The notes beneath the pieces were generated by a model, which was given only the letters and a program-made list of their open reading frames with translations, had not been told where the DNA came from and searched no databases. The translations under genes were made by a program, and so were the position numbers. From Catajapyx aquilonaris (taxonomy: Eukaryota), in assembly GCA_000934665.2 (NCBI GenBank), contig KZ538814.1, forward strand, positions 124,001 through 175,137: 51,137 nt of DNA, in the 5' to 3' direction. Below are positions 1 through 13,492 of the stretch, in pieces. The stretch's first letter is position 1, and every line of letters starts with the position of its first letter.

Positions 1-2121
1 GAAAAACCATTGATCCGCAACAATGTATGGTCGATGGCACATAGTAGGCCTATACATCGCATCATATTCGCACATGTTTGCTTTGTCCAATATGAGGACA
101 CTTGATTCGAGTCGCCTCCAGATGAACCAAGATGGGCGGTGGACGTGTCGATATCGTCGCAACGGCAAATGTCGAGTCAACGGGAAAGGGTGCCTGGCCA
201 CAAAAAGGTACAGCGACACTAAATTCTGTCCTACGAGTGACGATAACCAATATTCACGCTGTAGATTGCACGAGAGTATTCAAAGGCACTATGGCAACGC
301 TGCATGATCGTCGATGTCGCCAGTTACCGTCGTTGGCGAGGACATTTGTGATTGTTCCACACTTGCTTTAGGCCATGTCCAGACTTGACATATTGTTGTC
401 CTATGTCGATATGCCCACTATATCGTGTCGAGTGTGAACAGTATGGAATGTGAGATATTTTAGTTGGTGTGGGCATTATGCTTGACTTTTCACGTCGTAA
501 CTTCATATAGGTGTCTGTTGCGGTACAGACACTGGAATTAAGATATTTGATGACGCATAGGTGTGCTATTTTGAGGTTACCCGTGATGGCAAGTTGCAAG
601 CATGTATAAGCAAATAACTTGTGTGGGTGTCCATAGAAGCTGGCTAGAGAAACAGGCCATTATCGGTATTCCAGCAGCAACATGAAGTACAAACCTAATG
701 TACTGTAATTTTTCTCCGCAAATTAGCAAATCCAAATGAATGAATCATGTGAATGAGTAGCATGCACGTTTTAATTAGGCGAATGTTTATACCTTGAAAA
801 ATTCACGTCTAGTCAGGCGAATTGTATTGTGCGTATAAAAAGTGCACATGTAACACGCATGAGCAGGTCAATACTTTTACGTGCTAATACATCGAAGTTC
901 AAACTTGGAAAGAATTAAAGCTACATTTCACTCTGCATGAATGAATTTTAATTTCTCATCAGCAGAAGTTGCTTATTACGGCGAAATAGGACTACAAGGT
1001 GCATGAGCAACAAACTTGTTTTACAATGTGAAGTGCATTTTGAATACATTACGTCATTTACCAATTCACCCTCCACCGAGCAACTCTTCACGTGTGTCTT
1101 TCACTCCATCGATTTCATTGTCACTGATATAATACTGCAGCCTGTCCTTTGGAGTAAAATCAAAATTTTACATTTACTGCATACTTCAAGGGGGTTCATA
1201 TTAACTTGTGTAAAGCCATGTTACTTTATTCACATTTTCATTGTATTAGAAAGTAGTGTGCACAGGCCATCACAATAATACGAAAAGTAGCCTACCCATA
1301 ATTCAAAATTGAGATGAAAGTGGATCCTTCAATTTTGTACTTTGCTAAATTGACAGTTTGCCTGAGTTTTCACCTTCTACAAGCTTACCTTAGCACTATC
1401 CTTGAAATCAGACTTTGCTAAAAGCCTGGTGGTACGTCAGCAGCCTGATGGTTAGCCCTTCGACCTTCACGTGCGATGGTAGACTACGGAAGTTATTGTT
1501 ACATCAGCGATGAAAGTGACATTTGGTCAAGTCTGCTTTGTAATATGAAACCCTAAAAAAGAATAATTATTAAATTCGGCTTATGGAAAAATGGGATAAG
1601 TGCAAAAAAATGAATATTTTCAAAATATTCTCGGACCAAGATAGTTTATCCACAATTTTCAATCAAATAGACTTATTATAATAATGCTAACTAATGTTTA
1701 CCTTCCTGTTTCGGTAAAAAAAGTAATTTTGTCCAGCACAAATGATCAATGAATCGCATTATTTTACAAATTGGGCAAAATATGAACGTTAGTTTTCTCA
1801 TGGGAATTTGTAACAACTTCCTATAACTTGTATGAAACAATGTGCAATTATTTGAAACAAGTTGTGTCGGTGGTTTTAATACATTTCTGCACTTGTAGCC
1901 ATGTTCATTGCCACAGAGAAGGTGACACTCGAAAAAAATCAAAGGTACGAGTCACAGTAGGTCAGAAATCCGTTAACAACACAAAAGAAAAGGTTCAAAA
2001 ACTCAGTCACTTGCAGTTCCCACGGATTAACAAAAATCAGAGACGACCCTCCATATAGAGGGCTTTTTTTTTACCACCCTACTCTCGTGGTCTGCGCTTT
2101 TCCACCATCAACAGGAAAAAG

Positions 2122-2430
2122 GTGATTACAGGTTGGGAGACCTGGCAGGTTAAAAATTCTGTAGCACTTCAACTGGGGAAAAAAGCTACTTTTTTGGAGG
2201 GTACTGGGGGAAAGGGGTTCAAAAAAAACTTTTTTTTCCCACCCTCTCTGGCTAGTGGGAAAACAGATGATGGATGGCCAAAAGTAGCTTTTGGAGAGGC
2301 CAGTCGTTCTGGAAAAAAGGGTCCATTTTTTGGGCGTTCGTATTGGGAATTTGGCGAATTCTCTACTGAGCAAATCCACTGTATAGGCAGCATGCTGGGC
2401 GAAATTTTTTATTGTGTGTTTTTTTTTTAA
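2122..2430 (+). pseudogene. Possible decayed SF3 (D5/NS1-like) helicase fragment
   Basis: ORF reads KKATFLEGTGGKGFKK, resembling the D5-type Walker A context (KxxFLxGxGGNGKS) but without the intact GKS/T. About 44 aa later comes YWEF (Walker B-like), then QIHCIGSMLGE. Motif resemblance by eye only. Confidence 0.25.
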
Positions 2431-3295
2431 ATTTCGTAGCCACCTATATCCAACGTGATATGGCATTTTAATTATTCATTTTATAATTGGGTCTTAAATT
2501 GAAAAATGTGCGGCTTTAGGGAAGGTAGCCTACATTCATTGCCATATATATAGCTATGGCTAAACAAATTATTTGCACGAAATGTTCAATTTCGTGCAAT
2601 AGCTGAAAAATTGAGGGGTTGCGTTTAGGTTCTTTATTATTTATACATCGCCCTAAACTGCTATGGTTGGATAGCTACGATTCTACTGTAACCTATAATT
2701 TTGTGGTATCCGGAGGGGTAGTTAAGTTGGTAATGTACGGTCCAGTGTGCCAATCTTTTACTCGCATGGTGAATCGAGTTCAGAATTTTGAACACGTGGT
2801 GACTGTTAAAGGCGGGGTGTCATATTCAGTTCTGCTTGGGTGTTCTGACACATTTGTGACTTGACTTTTCAACAAGGTAGATCCTTCTAATATGGCATAG
2901 CTGCTTCTATAATAGCATATTATTGCCTGTGGACGTTACACGTAAAATTATTTTTCAAAAACAGAACCACTGGGCGGTATTTCCGAGAAACGTATATTTA
3001 AAACGTAGGTTGTCAATATATTAGATTGCCATAAATTGAGAAAATTAAATAGTTCATGTTTTTCCTCCAGCATGCTTCGATCCAGGTTTTTTTTCTGATG
3101 TGACTTTGCCCAACTGTTATGGGACTCTCAGCAACTGCGCTATTTTGGTTGTTCAGCACTTGATGAATGCTTTTTCAAGTAGGCCTACTAACATTTACAA
3201 TTTATTATCAAGACTAGATTTCGTCCAGCAGACAGGGATTCCTTGACGCCAAATTAGTCGAAAATGTATGGATGAAAAATGGCCAAGCACCAATT

Positions 3296-3546
3296 GAGGG
3301 GTGTGGTAGAAAAAGGTGATAACCCACAAAAGTGTAATATTTCAGTAGAGCGGATTTAAGTTTGCATTATATTAACAAATCATAGAGAATGCGGGTTTTG
3401 ATCTAGTCCGTGTGGCCATATCGTGCATGATACGTGAACTTGGAGTGTACCAAACTGTTTGTCGTGTCTTTTACATAGTTTCTAGGTGTTTAGGTCAAAA
3501 ATCACAATAATGAGGGTTATTATCACCTTTTTCCACCACACCCCTC
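3296..3546. mobile_element. 251-bp MITE, Sola-like termini
   Basis: 27-bp TIRs GAGGGGTGTGGTAGAAAAAGGTGATAA (3296-3322) and TTATCACCTTTTTCCACCACACCCCTC (3520-3546) match 26/27. AATT flanks both sides (3292-3295, 3547-3550). Superfamily assignment is tentative. Confidence 0.85.
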
Positions 3547-6500
3547 AATTGTTAACAGACATTTACAAAGTGCTCGTCATGCAAGAGCAGAAAATACATT
3601 TACGGCATGTACTGAAAAGGGCGAAAAAGTAGACACATTTTGTCACTTTGGTGTCTGTAACTGCGGCACCAAAGTGACGATGAAGGTCGAAAAGCAGTGT
3701 TGCACAGTCGAAGCGAGGCTTTTGATATACGGTACTCAAATATTCGTTGACGGAAATTGGCACTTTGGCTGCAAAGTGTCGCCTTGATTTGTGCTATTTC
3801 ACATTTACAGTAATCTCGGAAATTTATTCAGGAATATCAGTATGCTAAACTTCCTATACTCTCCGTGCCTCGAAAATACAAGGTGAACCATCCAAAAGTG
3901 ACAGAGTTGCAGTGTTACACCATGCACGATTTGGCTGCATTTTCCTTATTGGAACACCCTGTAATATGCAGGCATCATGCGGAATAATAACTTTCCTCGT
4001 ATTGGATACTGACCGCATTCCACGGAAACCTATTAGAAGTGTAATTCTACAGGACTTACACCCACATACAACTCGCCTCCATGATAACCTTGCAGCAGGC
4101 CTCTAATGTGTAGACCACTTTAAAGTGGTTCCCAGATAGCAGTTTATAGGCTTACCTGAAAGTCTGGGGGCCCACCTGAAAAATTCCGGAAACCCACGCG
4201 TCTCATTTTGCACATTATTTTGTCTATTTAGGAATATACTGTGAAACGGTGGGTACCCTTGAATTTTTTTTTGTTGTAAAAGTAATGAATTTTGATGTGG
4301 AGCAGAGATTTGGTGAAGGACGTTTTATTCGGATTTCCCTGTTGCTATGTAAACTGTTACGTAAGTTAATTAAAGGGCGTTCCAGAGCTTCTTGAATGTA
4401 GATATTTATTTTTTAAGGCGATTCTGTTCAGAAGCTGCTTACGACTCGGGGGCTTAGGCCAATCCAACATGGCCCTTATGGAGGAAATGATTTTGAAATT
4501 TGTTGCTTATGCTCTTGTTCGAATCTTTGCATAAAGGCGACGTTCTGTCGTATTGTCATTTTAAGCATTATTTACGCTGGAAAAAAATATCCTGTGACAT
4601 TATATCAGTTGGGTAAAGAAGCTTCTGAAAGGCACAATGAGTAAAAAGGAAGCTCGTTTTTAAGCGGATTAAAAAGCTTGGGGCTGAAGGTTTGTAACAC
4701 TGAAGACCACGACTCTTATTATGAGATTGATAAATATAGCCCTACATTTCTAAAACTTGTCCAGTAAAATAGCGGCAACAAAATTACAATAGTTACGACC
4801 AATTGCACTCCATTCATTATTGCAGGTGTTCAGCTATTGAATCTGAAATGACTATGCAAAATGTAGAACATGGCTCTATTCATGATTTATGTAACGAACC
4901 CCCCACTCATCTGGACCAAGGCTGAGGTCAATTTTATAAAAGAAAAATGAGCGAAAGTGCACTACATTTTACACCATTACTTGTTCATTACTGAAGTATG
5001 TAGCTATTATTGGATTGAATCAATTGTACGCCTTTTAATATTTTGAAAAGTATGTCTGTTGTCGTAATTGCCATATTGTGGGGCATGACACATTTTTCAA
5101 AATTAAATTCAATATTATAAATGGCAACATCCATAATCCTGCTTGCTAATGATATATTCTCATTCTTTTGACAAGACGACATTGTATTCACGATGCGAGA
5201 CTGAAACTTGAAGAAAGCAATTTTTTTCCCCGCAGTACAATTTCTACGAAACTGCAATCACACTATAGGCTATTCTGATGTAGTGATTTATTATTTTGGT
5301 TTTTTTATTATTTGAATGGCCTGAGCCTAAGCGCAATGCAGCCCAGGTGTTTGCTGCCCTGCATTTATTGTGCATAATTGTCCCGAGAGTGACCTTGGTC
5401 GTTTCTCTTTTGCAGTGCACGGTTGGAGAAAGACGGTTGGAAAGGCCGATAACCTGCGATCCCGGGAGTGGTAGCATGTAACCGGTGAGTCTTATAAATG
5501 AGTGTACCCTCACATACAGGGTGTTTCTACTAGATGCGTCCAAATAAATGCAGTTGCTGTTCAGGTCCCATTGCATCCTGTTTAAAATGCATAAAAGGTA
5601 TTATTGCACCAATGATTACGAATTATTCTGGTCCATAGGACATAATATCACCATACTGCTAAGAAATGCCAATTTTATATTCAGATTTTAAGTTATTAAA
5701 ATATGGGTGAATATTTCCTATGAATACTACGTTGTGTGTGATATATGCTTTTTTGCACAGTAGTAATTACCGGCGTTAAGATTGTTTTGCCACTTACTGA
5801 ACCCATTATTTGCGTGTCAAAACATGAGGTGCGTTTCTTTTGGCTTTCTCAGGTTTTCCTATGGATTATCAGAAGCCAGTAGTCCAGTGAATGCGCCAGG
5901 GAATACAGCGATGTCCGGAATATTTGTCGCTGTACGAGTAGTACAGTATTATTTACGTTATTTCCCAGAATAATGACGGTACCAAATACTTTTTAGATGC
6001 AAATTGTCGACCTTGATGCGTTTTAACTGATGCGGGACTTTGGCAGCAGTTTATGCATAGTTTATATTAATGACTTCTTCAAACACCCTGTGTGTATAGT
6101 GATTCAGTGATTCCCTCTAATAATGCTTGGAATTCATACAATTAAAGCAACGAATTCAGTAATGCGATGGACAACAAACTAATATAACCCACGTTTCCGG
6201 CACCTGGTACTGTCAAAAAAATCCCGATAATTTGGTAAAATTGCAGCTGTTAGGATTTATTAAGAGTGACATGTCTCATGTGTTTCACTAGGCCTATATA
6301 GTTTACGTTCTACCACATTGAAGGTCTGTACAGTTATATGTATTGTAAAATAAAACACATGGCATCACTGGTACCGAATGGTCCTAGCAGAACTCCCAGA
6401 ACAGCTTTGTATTTAAAAATCTGGGCCATTTTAAAGCGTGATATTTATTAATATGAATTGTGTGAGTAAGAATAGCTTATTTATGTAGTAAGTATTAATC

Positions 6501-9500
6501 CAATCCATGAAAAATCAATTTTTGACGGGGTCACAAGAAATTACCATTAGAGCGAACTAATCTACTGCATGATATTTGAAAGCGATATAAAATTACCATA
6601 GGCCCGTATACATAAATTCTCAAACGTTAACAAATATGCAATGCTCCAAATTATCTTACAACAAATTTTTGATAGTACAACCGCATGAACCAGAAATTGA
6701 AATGCATTTCTTGTAACTGCAACATGTAGCCTGAAACATACCCATTTGCATGGATTCACCATATCACCCTGTCAGGGTGTAATAAACTTCCGTAAATGGT
6801 CGTCTGGCTGGCAGGCCTTACCAGACACAAAAGGTCGGAAATGTAGTGGCTCAAAATGGCGAGGTCATGACGTATAAATATCGATGAGCATTCCAGCTAC
6901 CGCACAGTCAACGACAATTGTTAAGATTAGCATTCTGAGACTGGCCATTCCGGTAGGATATGACATTAACACCATGGCAACATCTATGAAAATCAAATTT
7001 TTCACAATTATTACACACAGTCTGAGCTTAAATATAAAATAAAATTGTTACCGATATTATATCGAGATTCGCCGAGTATTTTGCGAATATCTGCAAACCA
7101 CCACTCGCCATTTCGTACCCCTAAATTTTCGACCTGTTTGGACCCATCCTCCTTGCACGTTCCATCCCGCCTGACACTGTGAACAGGAACACACTTAGAT
7201 TCATGTATGCATCCAGTTATATAGAACCAGAGGGGTGGGCTCGTAGTACGTGTCTATTTGCCGCTGCATCTTCCCCAACCGTTCCCACCCCCACCTCTTC
7301 ACCCCCATCTCTGGTAATGGATTTCTCGTGTAGATCCCCCAACCATGGCCTTTTATATCTCCTTCATCCGACTGAGGGGAAGTAATAATCATTCTTAAGA
7401 AATGGAGAAAAGTAGTGGCGGGACAAAAGTTGGGAGGGGTCGTTTTGCAAGACTTGACATCAGGTAAAATTTAAACTGATGTTCCGATTGACCCTTTCTC
7501 TTCGTGAGGAAGATACGTTATCTGGCCAGCATTATTATAGGAGGGTATAAGAAAGGATGGACGGAGAAGTCCACTTGCTACGCATCGCCGACCAGTTTAG
7601 AGGAATCCCCCGATGACCTCACACTTGTAGGGCTCTTCAAAGGTCAGTGCATTTTATCTGCTGCCGGCTATTAAAAAATCAGGAACTATCAATATAGGCA
7701 CCATTTCGGCGCCTACCAGTTCTATAGTATCTCATCTGGAAGTTGACAGGCAAGTAACATACATCAACAGCAGGATATTACAGCTGTAACGAGTTCATTT
7801 ACGTATCTTATCCTGTTATGTAACGCGTAAGAATAGAAAAGAAACGACAGGCCTAAAAAAAAATCTGTTGTCAAGCGAAATGTCACGGTTGATGACATAA
7901 GTGTGCTATATGTAGGCCTTGTGGGCGGAGAAGCGGAGGGAAAAAATGGTCAGGAGATAAGATTAAGCTTCAGCTGATGCTGCGAGGTCATGGAATCGTA
8001 CCATGACCTCCCTAGTTATATTTTGGTTTTGCCTTTGTGCCCCAGTTTGGAAAGGTGTCACTTTTATCGTCCTTCGAACCCCTATCGGTCAACGGGGGTC
8101 ACATATATAGGATAGCTTAATTTTAGATTATGAAAAAAAAAAAATATCGCAAAAAATGCCGTGTAGCGGTAATAAACGAAGGGGGGGGGGGACCACATTT
8201 TAAATATTGCGCAATTTTGCCGCCAAGAAAGTGATTATCGGAAAAACTTGAGCACGCACCCCCGGAATGTTTATGGGGAAGAGTGAAACCCATTTTATAA
8301 GTCGCTTAACAGCATGTCGGCCATGAAATAAATATACAAATAAGCCCACATAAATCTGACGACCTCCACTTAATGAACAAAGTTATCACTTAAATGCCAC
8401 GTCCTATAAATTCACATTTGGTCCTATTATCTCCATTCCTGGTCGCAATCACCCAGTTTTTTTTTTTGACCCATGTTTACTCCAAATTCTGCTATTTCTG
8501 ACGCTGGGAATAAAATATGGGACTAATATATATTTAAAAATGCAGTCGTTGTGACCTCCTGGATGACTTATCTTATGGCAAAATGTAGTTCAAGGTGATG
8601 CTATTTTAGATAGGGGGGGTGACAAAATCGCAATTTCTTCCATATTGACTGTCTTGGGGAAGGCGACCTAAGGATTAAAATGGAAGAGGGGGGAGGGGGG
8701 ACCTCTATGTTGGTATATATATAAAAAAGGCAGCCGTGGCTCGTCGAGCCAGCCATAAAAAAGCGACATTAGGCCTTGCTTCTGTTGACGGGGAGGGTTC
8801 AATACTCGGGCGCCGGCGGAGGAGAACCAGCCGCAGTCTCATGCTTGGAAATACATAAGAATGTCACCAGGTCAGATAGTGTATGTTACTTGTTGCTGCC
8901 ATGTGCCCAAAAAAATGCGATTTTTTAAAGCCAGTCATTAGCATGCAATGTGAGCATGTGTCTCTCATTGCGAATCGATTTGCTACACTGATGTGTAAAA
9001 AAAAGCACAACATGACCTACATTGGCGGGCTGTAATTAAAGTTGAAGCTGAGCTTTTTTTAAATGGGTACGTTCCGATTCACGTACGATATTGCCACATG
9101 GAACTTCCTCAGAGCGATTAAAACGTGGTGAAAAATACCGACCCTCCACCGTTATCGACACTTCCGAGCGCTATTTTTAAAATGTTGTAGACCTTGAGAT
9201 TTGCAAACCAGGCGGATTTTTTTTTCCGAAGAGAGGAAGTGCAAAATTTCCAGACATTTCCAAGACTGAGTGGTAAACTGAGGTTGAAAGCAGGCTTAAA
9301 AAAATGTCGGATTGTACTTATCATGCATTTATTCAAGCTGTCTAGTGCGTGTTAGCAGTGACATGGGTCACACCCTTTTCCTGCAGATACATTTGGAAGA
9401 GAGAGGGCACCTGTATGACCTAGAAAAATGCACCTGTTTCCCTCTTGGGTATAGCGTCTGGAAGGGCTGATAGGGGAAGACACTGCAGTCTTGTAAACAA

Positions 9501-12500
9501 AGCTATTCAACTGTATAGTAGAGTCAGTATGTTTCCTGTTGGGGAGGCCTAGACGACCTTAGGCGTTGCCAACAGTCAATATTGTACGCAATTAATGGTG
9601 ATTGGCAGTGAAGGCCTGCGACAAGTTCATTGGCCAGATGCACAACACTAACTCTTCCCCATGTCCTCCTGTTGTAAACAAACAGAAGAACAAATCTTTC
9701 AATGGAAGCCAGATCGATTTTTTTCTGGGCGTTTTTGTGAGGCTCCCTAGTCCGTTGGGCCATTAAAAGCGGCTCCGTTGAAACGCTTGGCTGAACCCCT
9801 CCACCCCACCCTGGCCACCCTAGTCTGGTCCTCGTTTTTGGCCAGTGGATCCTGCTTATGGCAGAAGGTCATTCAAAACAGAGGATTCTGGCAACAGGTT
9901 TTTCGGACCCAAAATCTATTGGACCGTTTTTGTAGGAGGGGGGCTGGTCCTAGGTCCACCCCAAAATTTCTGACCGCTGACCCACCCCCGCTATTGACCA
10001 GTTTACAGGCTATTAGTGGCCCATTCTAGTAGTGCCATTGGGAGACGGGTTTTCCACGCCCTTTTCCACCAGTTGGTCCTTTTAGGACTGGAGTCACCTA
10101 ATTGGTCAAGTATGTCCAAAAAAAAATAAGGGTGCCGTACACGTGGCATTGCAAAAAAAATATATCAAAAGAATTTTTTTGGGGAGGTTCACCCTGATGG
10201 GGGACCCCCCTAGAACTGGCTTGAAAGGAGTGGGTTACCCTGCCATTTTTTTCTGTATTTTACTAAACCTCCCCTATGCCATGCTTCTTGTTGGGTAGGC
10301 CGTTGTTATGGAGGTTTACCATCTGCTTTGTCCGGCCCATGGCCTACACGAGACTGACGAGAGGCTTTTGTAAAGCCCTCTGAGGCAGGCGACTTGCCAG
10401 ACATTTTTTTTTTGTTTAAAAAAATACACTAGGTATATCAAAGAGCAGTTTTTAGCGATTATTTTCAAGCCGGGGACTTATATTCAGTCACAGTAGCACA
10501 CAAAAAATAGGACAGCTGGAAAGCAGCTAAGGGCAAGTAATAGTATGTTGTCACCTTGTGAGCACTAAAAAGGAACAAATGATACCAAGAAGACGACACT
10601 TTTGCATGCGTGGTCACAATATTTCGTGAGCCAGTTTCCTACTTGAAAGGCTGCCCTTAACGCAGCAGGGGCCAGAATGTTAAAAGATCCCATCCCCCGA
10701 CGGACAAAAAATTAGGACGAAACCCACTAGAAAACATTGGACGCTTCCCAGTTGTAGAGGCAAATGGAACCAGTCATCATCATCATCATGATAATGTTTC
10801 TCCCACTCGTGTGACTTTCTATTCGATAAAGCATCTTTTTTATGCCTGGTTTCCACTCGACTTGCTTTGTGGGTCCCTCCTTTTTTATGCAAGATTTTTT
10901 TTTTTTTTTGCCACCATGAGGGTGTCTGTGATACGTACAGTTCTTCTGATAGCGCTGATATTAGTCACGGACACTAAAACATACGTAGGGCTTAATTGTT
11001 AATTTTGAGGTCTGCTAGTTACCCCTGACAATGATTCATTTTCGGATTACAGGGATTGCCACCCGGTTTTCTAATCCCGGACTATTGAGTGCAAAAGCAA
11101 TCACAAGTTGGGCGATGTTCTCCCTAGTGAGAAGTTGTTCACAGGTTTCCAGACCCGTAGTGCAAAGTAATCAAAGTCCTGCTTTGTGTAAGCCAGACAC
11201 CCTAAAGGGCGTCCTGTTATGTCTGGAGTTACGTCCTGTGTGTGTGTTAGAGAGTGTACCGGATTTCCCAGATGAACAGCAGGTGGCCTTGTGGATTATA
11301 ATAGGGGTGGATGATCTGCCAGGTCTCTGGGATGGTGCGTCCAAGTGGAAACACCACCCTCCACACCCCCGCGGTCTCAGTCTGCGATGGACCATCCCAT
11401 GTAGCCTAATGTTTTAAAAAAACCTAGGCAGGTAAATAGTCACCTGACTAAACAAAAAAGGAGCTAGTAATGAATCCTGACCTTCAGTTGATCCAGCACG
11501 ATTGAAAACGGTAGCCGAGCTTACGAGTACCAGCCAATCCTGGTTCAACGACTTGCGGAAGGTCAGTCGCAAAATATTTCACATAGGTGTGTTGCAAAAC
11601 AGCTACTAGAATGCTGGCCTATTTTTTTTTCTTCTTTGAAATGATTGCCCCTCCCAAGCCGCCATCCCCACGCCTCCAACCTGGTTTGAAGGGCAAGTGG
11701 GTGTGTTTCGGCTACTGGTGTTTGAGAAGAAGAAATATGCGGTGCCACCTAAACCCGTAGATCCGAACTTGTGTTTTCCGGCCTGTTGCCCACAAGCTCG
11801 ATTCTATGGGTCTAGGTTGCCCTTGCACGAGCCTGCAGCTAGACCGATAGAAGAGGAGCCACGACGTGGACTATGCGTGATCCCAGTGTGAGGTAGTAGG
11901 TTGTATAGTTGAGAACTACATCATTACGGGAGAACTGTACAACTTGCTAACTTTCCCCGGGACACGCCGGACCATCGCTGCCAGCAAGCAAGTTTGTATC
12001 CTTTTTTGAAGTGTAGGTGGCCATCTTGGCCCTCTCTCTCCCCAGCAGCTTACTTTCCCCAGCTGGCCATTATTCGTGATTGAAGGATTTCGAGTAAGCT
12101 CATCTCCCTTTATTGCTGGCAGTGCGCGTACTGCCAACATCAGGATCGATCTTTGCCTAAAAAGCTGCTTATGGGCATGTATTAGGCGCGGGGTTTTGTT
12201 GATGTAACAATCGCGGCTCCTGATAGGGACCTGCTACACATTTGAGCAAAATAGCCTTATGTAATGCAGACGGGAGGTTGTGGGGCAGTGGGGCAAGGTG
12301 ATAATGAGCCCGATGTTGGGAGACCTGTATCAGTTGGTAACCTTCGAGTGTCCTTGCGTAGTACCAAAACGTGGGAATATACAAAGTGTCTTTTTTAGGG
12401 TTAGGGTGCAACAGTGGCAAGACAAGGATCTGATTGCACGTGGCCACCGACAAGGAAGTCGTAACCTCCCCCGTGTGCTGATATTGGCGAAGGTCAAGCT

Positions 12501-12785
12501 TGTCACGGAGAACAACAACCCCCTCCTCCCCTCCCCCTAGACTCAATTTGCAAATCAATGCAGGCCCGGAAGGGGTACGCATAGGTGGCGTACGTACATG
12601 GTGCGTTATGTACCGCACCAACGGCACAGATTGGCAACTGTGAAGGTCGTCCAGAGCACCTCGTGCCAAAACGCCCGCTAGATTCCGTATAAAAATAAAA
12701 CGCCCTGCTGATGGGGAGGAAAGTGAAAGTTGGCCTTGACAAGCGCAGGTTCGCCAATATTTTCAGTTCCAATATTTTTGACCAG

Positions 12786-13492
12786 CGCAAAGTCATGGGC
12801 CAAGACCCAGGGTCAGTTGGGGCTCTCTCGAAAAAGTTTCCGTGGGAAATAGTAGCCATATGCAAATAGGCCCAGGTGTGCGCGCCTAAGCAGCTTTTTC
12901 CATTCTTTATCTTGAGAACACCAATCACCTCGAATTAGTCGTTCTCACACTGTTGCTTCATTTGAATATAAATGGCGGAGAGAGGCAAGGGAGAGAGTGC
13001 TGAAGGGAGAGGACCAAAAAGGGGGCCGTGTTGCCAAATGGCATTTTAGGGGGGGGGGGGGGGNNNNNGGGGAGGACAGTAAGGTGGTATACCGGAACTG
13101 CCCGGATCACTTTCCCCAACGGCGAACTGGCCCCAAAAAGTGCAAGTGTACTTTGTATATCATGTGTAGGGGTATAAATATACTTCAGAGATATAGTCGA
13201 CTTGATAGCGGTTACAGGTGGCTAAAGTGCGAAATTTTTAGGGCCATCGACCCTAGCAAGTATCACCTCACTAGACAGCGGTTATACATTGTCGGAATGA
13301 AACGACCTTCATGCGTCTTGCTATAACGGGGATGATTCAGCTGCTGCCTGCCTGATATCGAACACCCCAGATTGATAGTGCCCAGCTAACTTCCCGGAGC
13401 TAAAAAAAACTATTCTGTACTATCCACTTCATAGACGGTTGGTTGGAGACTCGATTGATGGAGGAAGTTGCTATGAAGTGTGGAGAGTCTAA
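12786..13492 (+). pseudogene. Decayed C5 cytosine DNA methyltransferase, no evident introns
   Basis: Motif-like segments in canonical order: I/II RKVMGQDPGSVGALS..WEIVAIC (12786-12863); IV GPCCQ (13023-13037, same frame); VI KVVYRNCP (13081-13104, cf. ENVP); VIII GYRW..IDPSKYHLTRQRLYIVGMKR (13210-13305); IX/X NFPE..RRLVGDSI (13388-13456). Stops, frameshifts and an N gap are present, and motif spacing is non-canonical. Confidence 0.5.

Noticed and set aside
1..690. Coding-like segment with faint Mab-21-like words (VDIV..WP, CTRVFK, FTS*)
   Set aside because: Too degenerate, spacing is inconsistent, and it is truncated by the window edge.
3642..3678. 12-bp stem hairpin GTCACTTTGGTG/CACCAAAGTGAC
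   Set aside because: No U-tract or other context; likely chance or the centre of an old MITE, and no function can be supported.
12169..12928. Longest minus-strand ORFs (166 and 141 aa) as real genes
   Set aside because: No recognisable domain, partly antisense to the MTase-like + frame, and the coding strand cannot be settled by eye.
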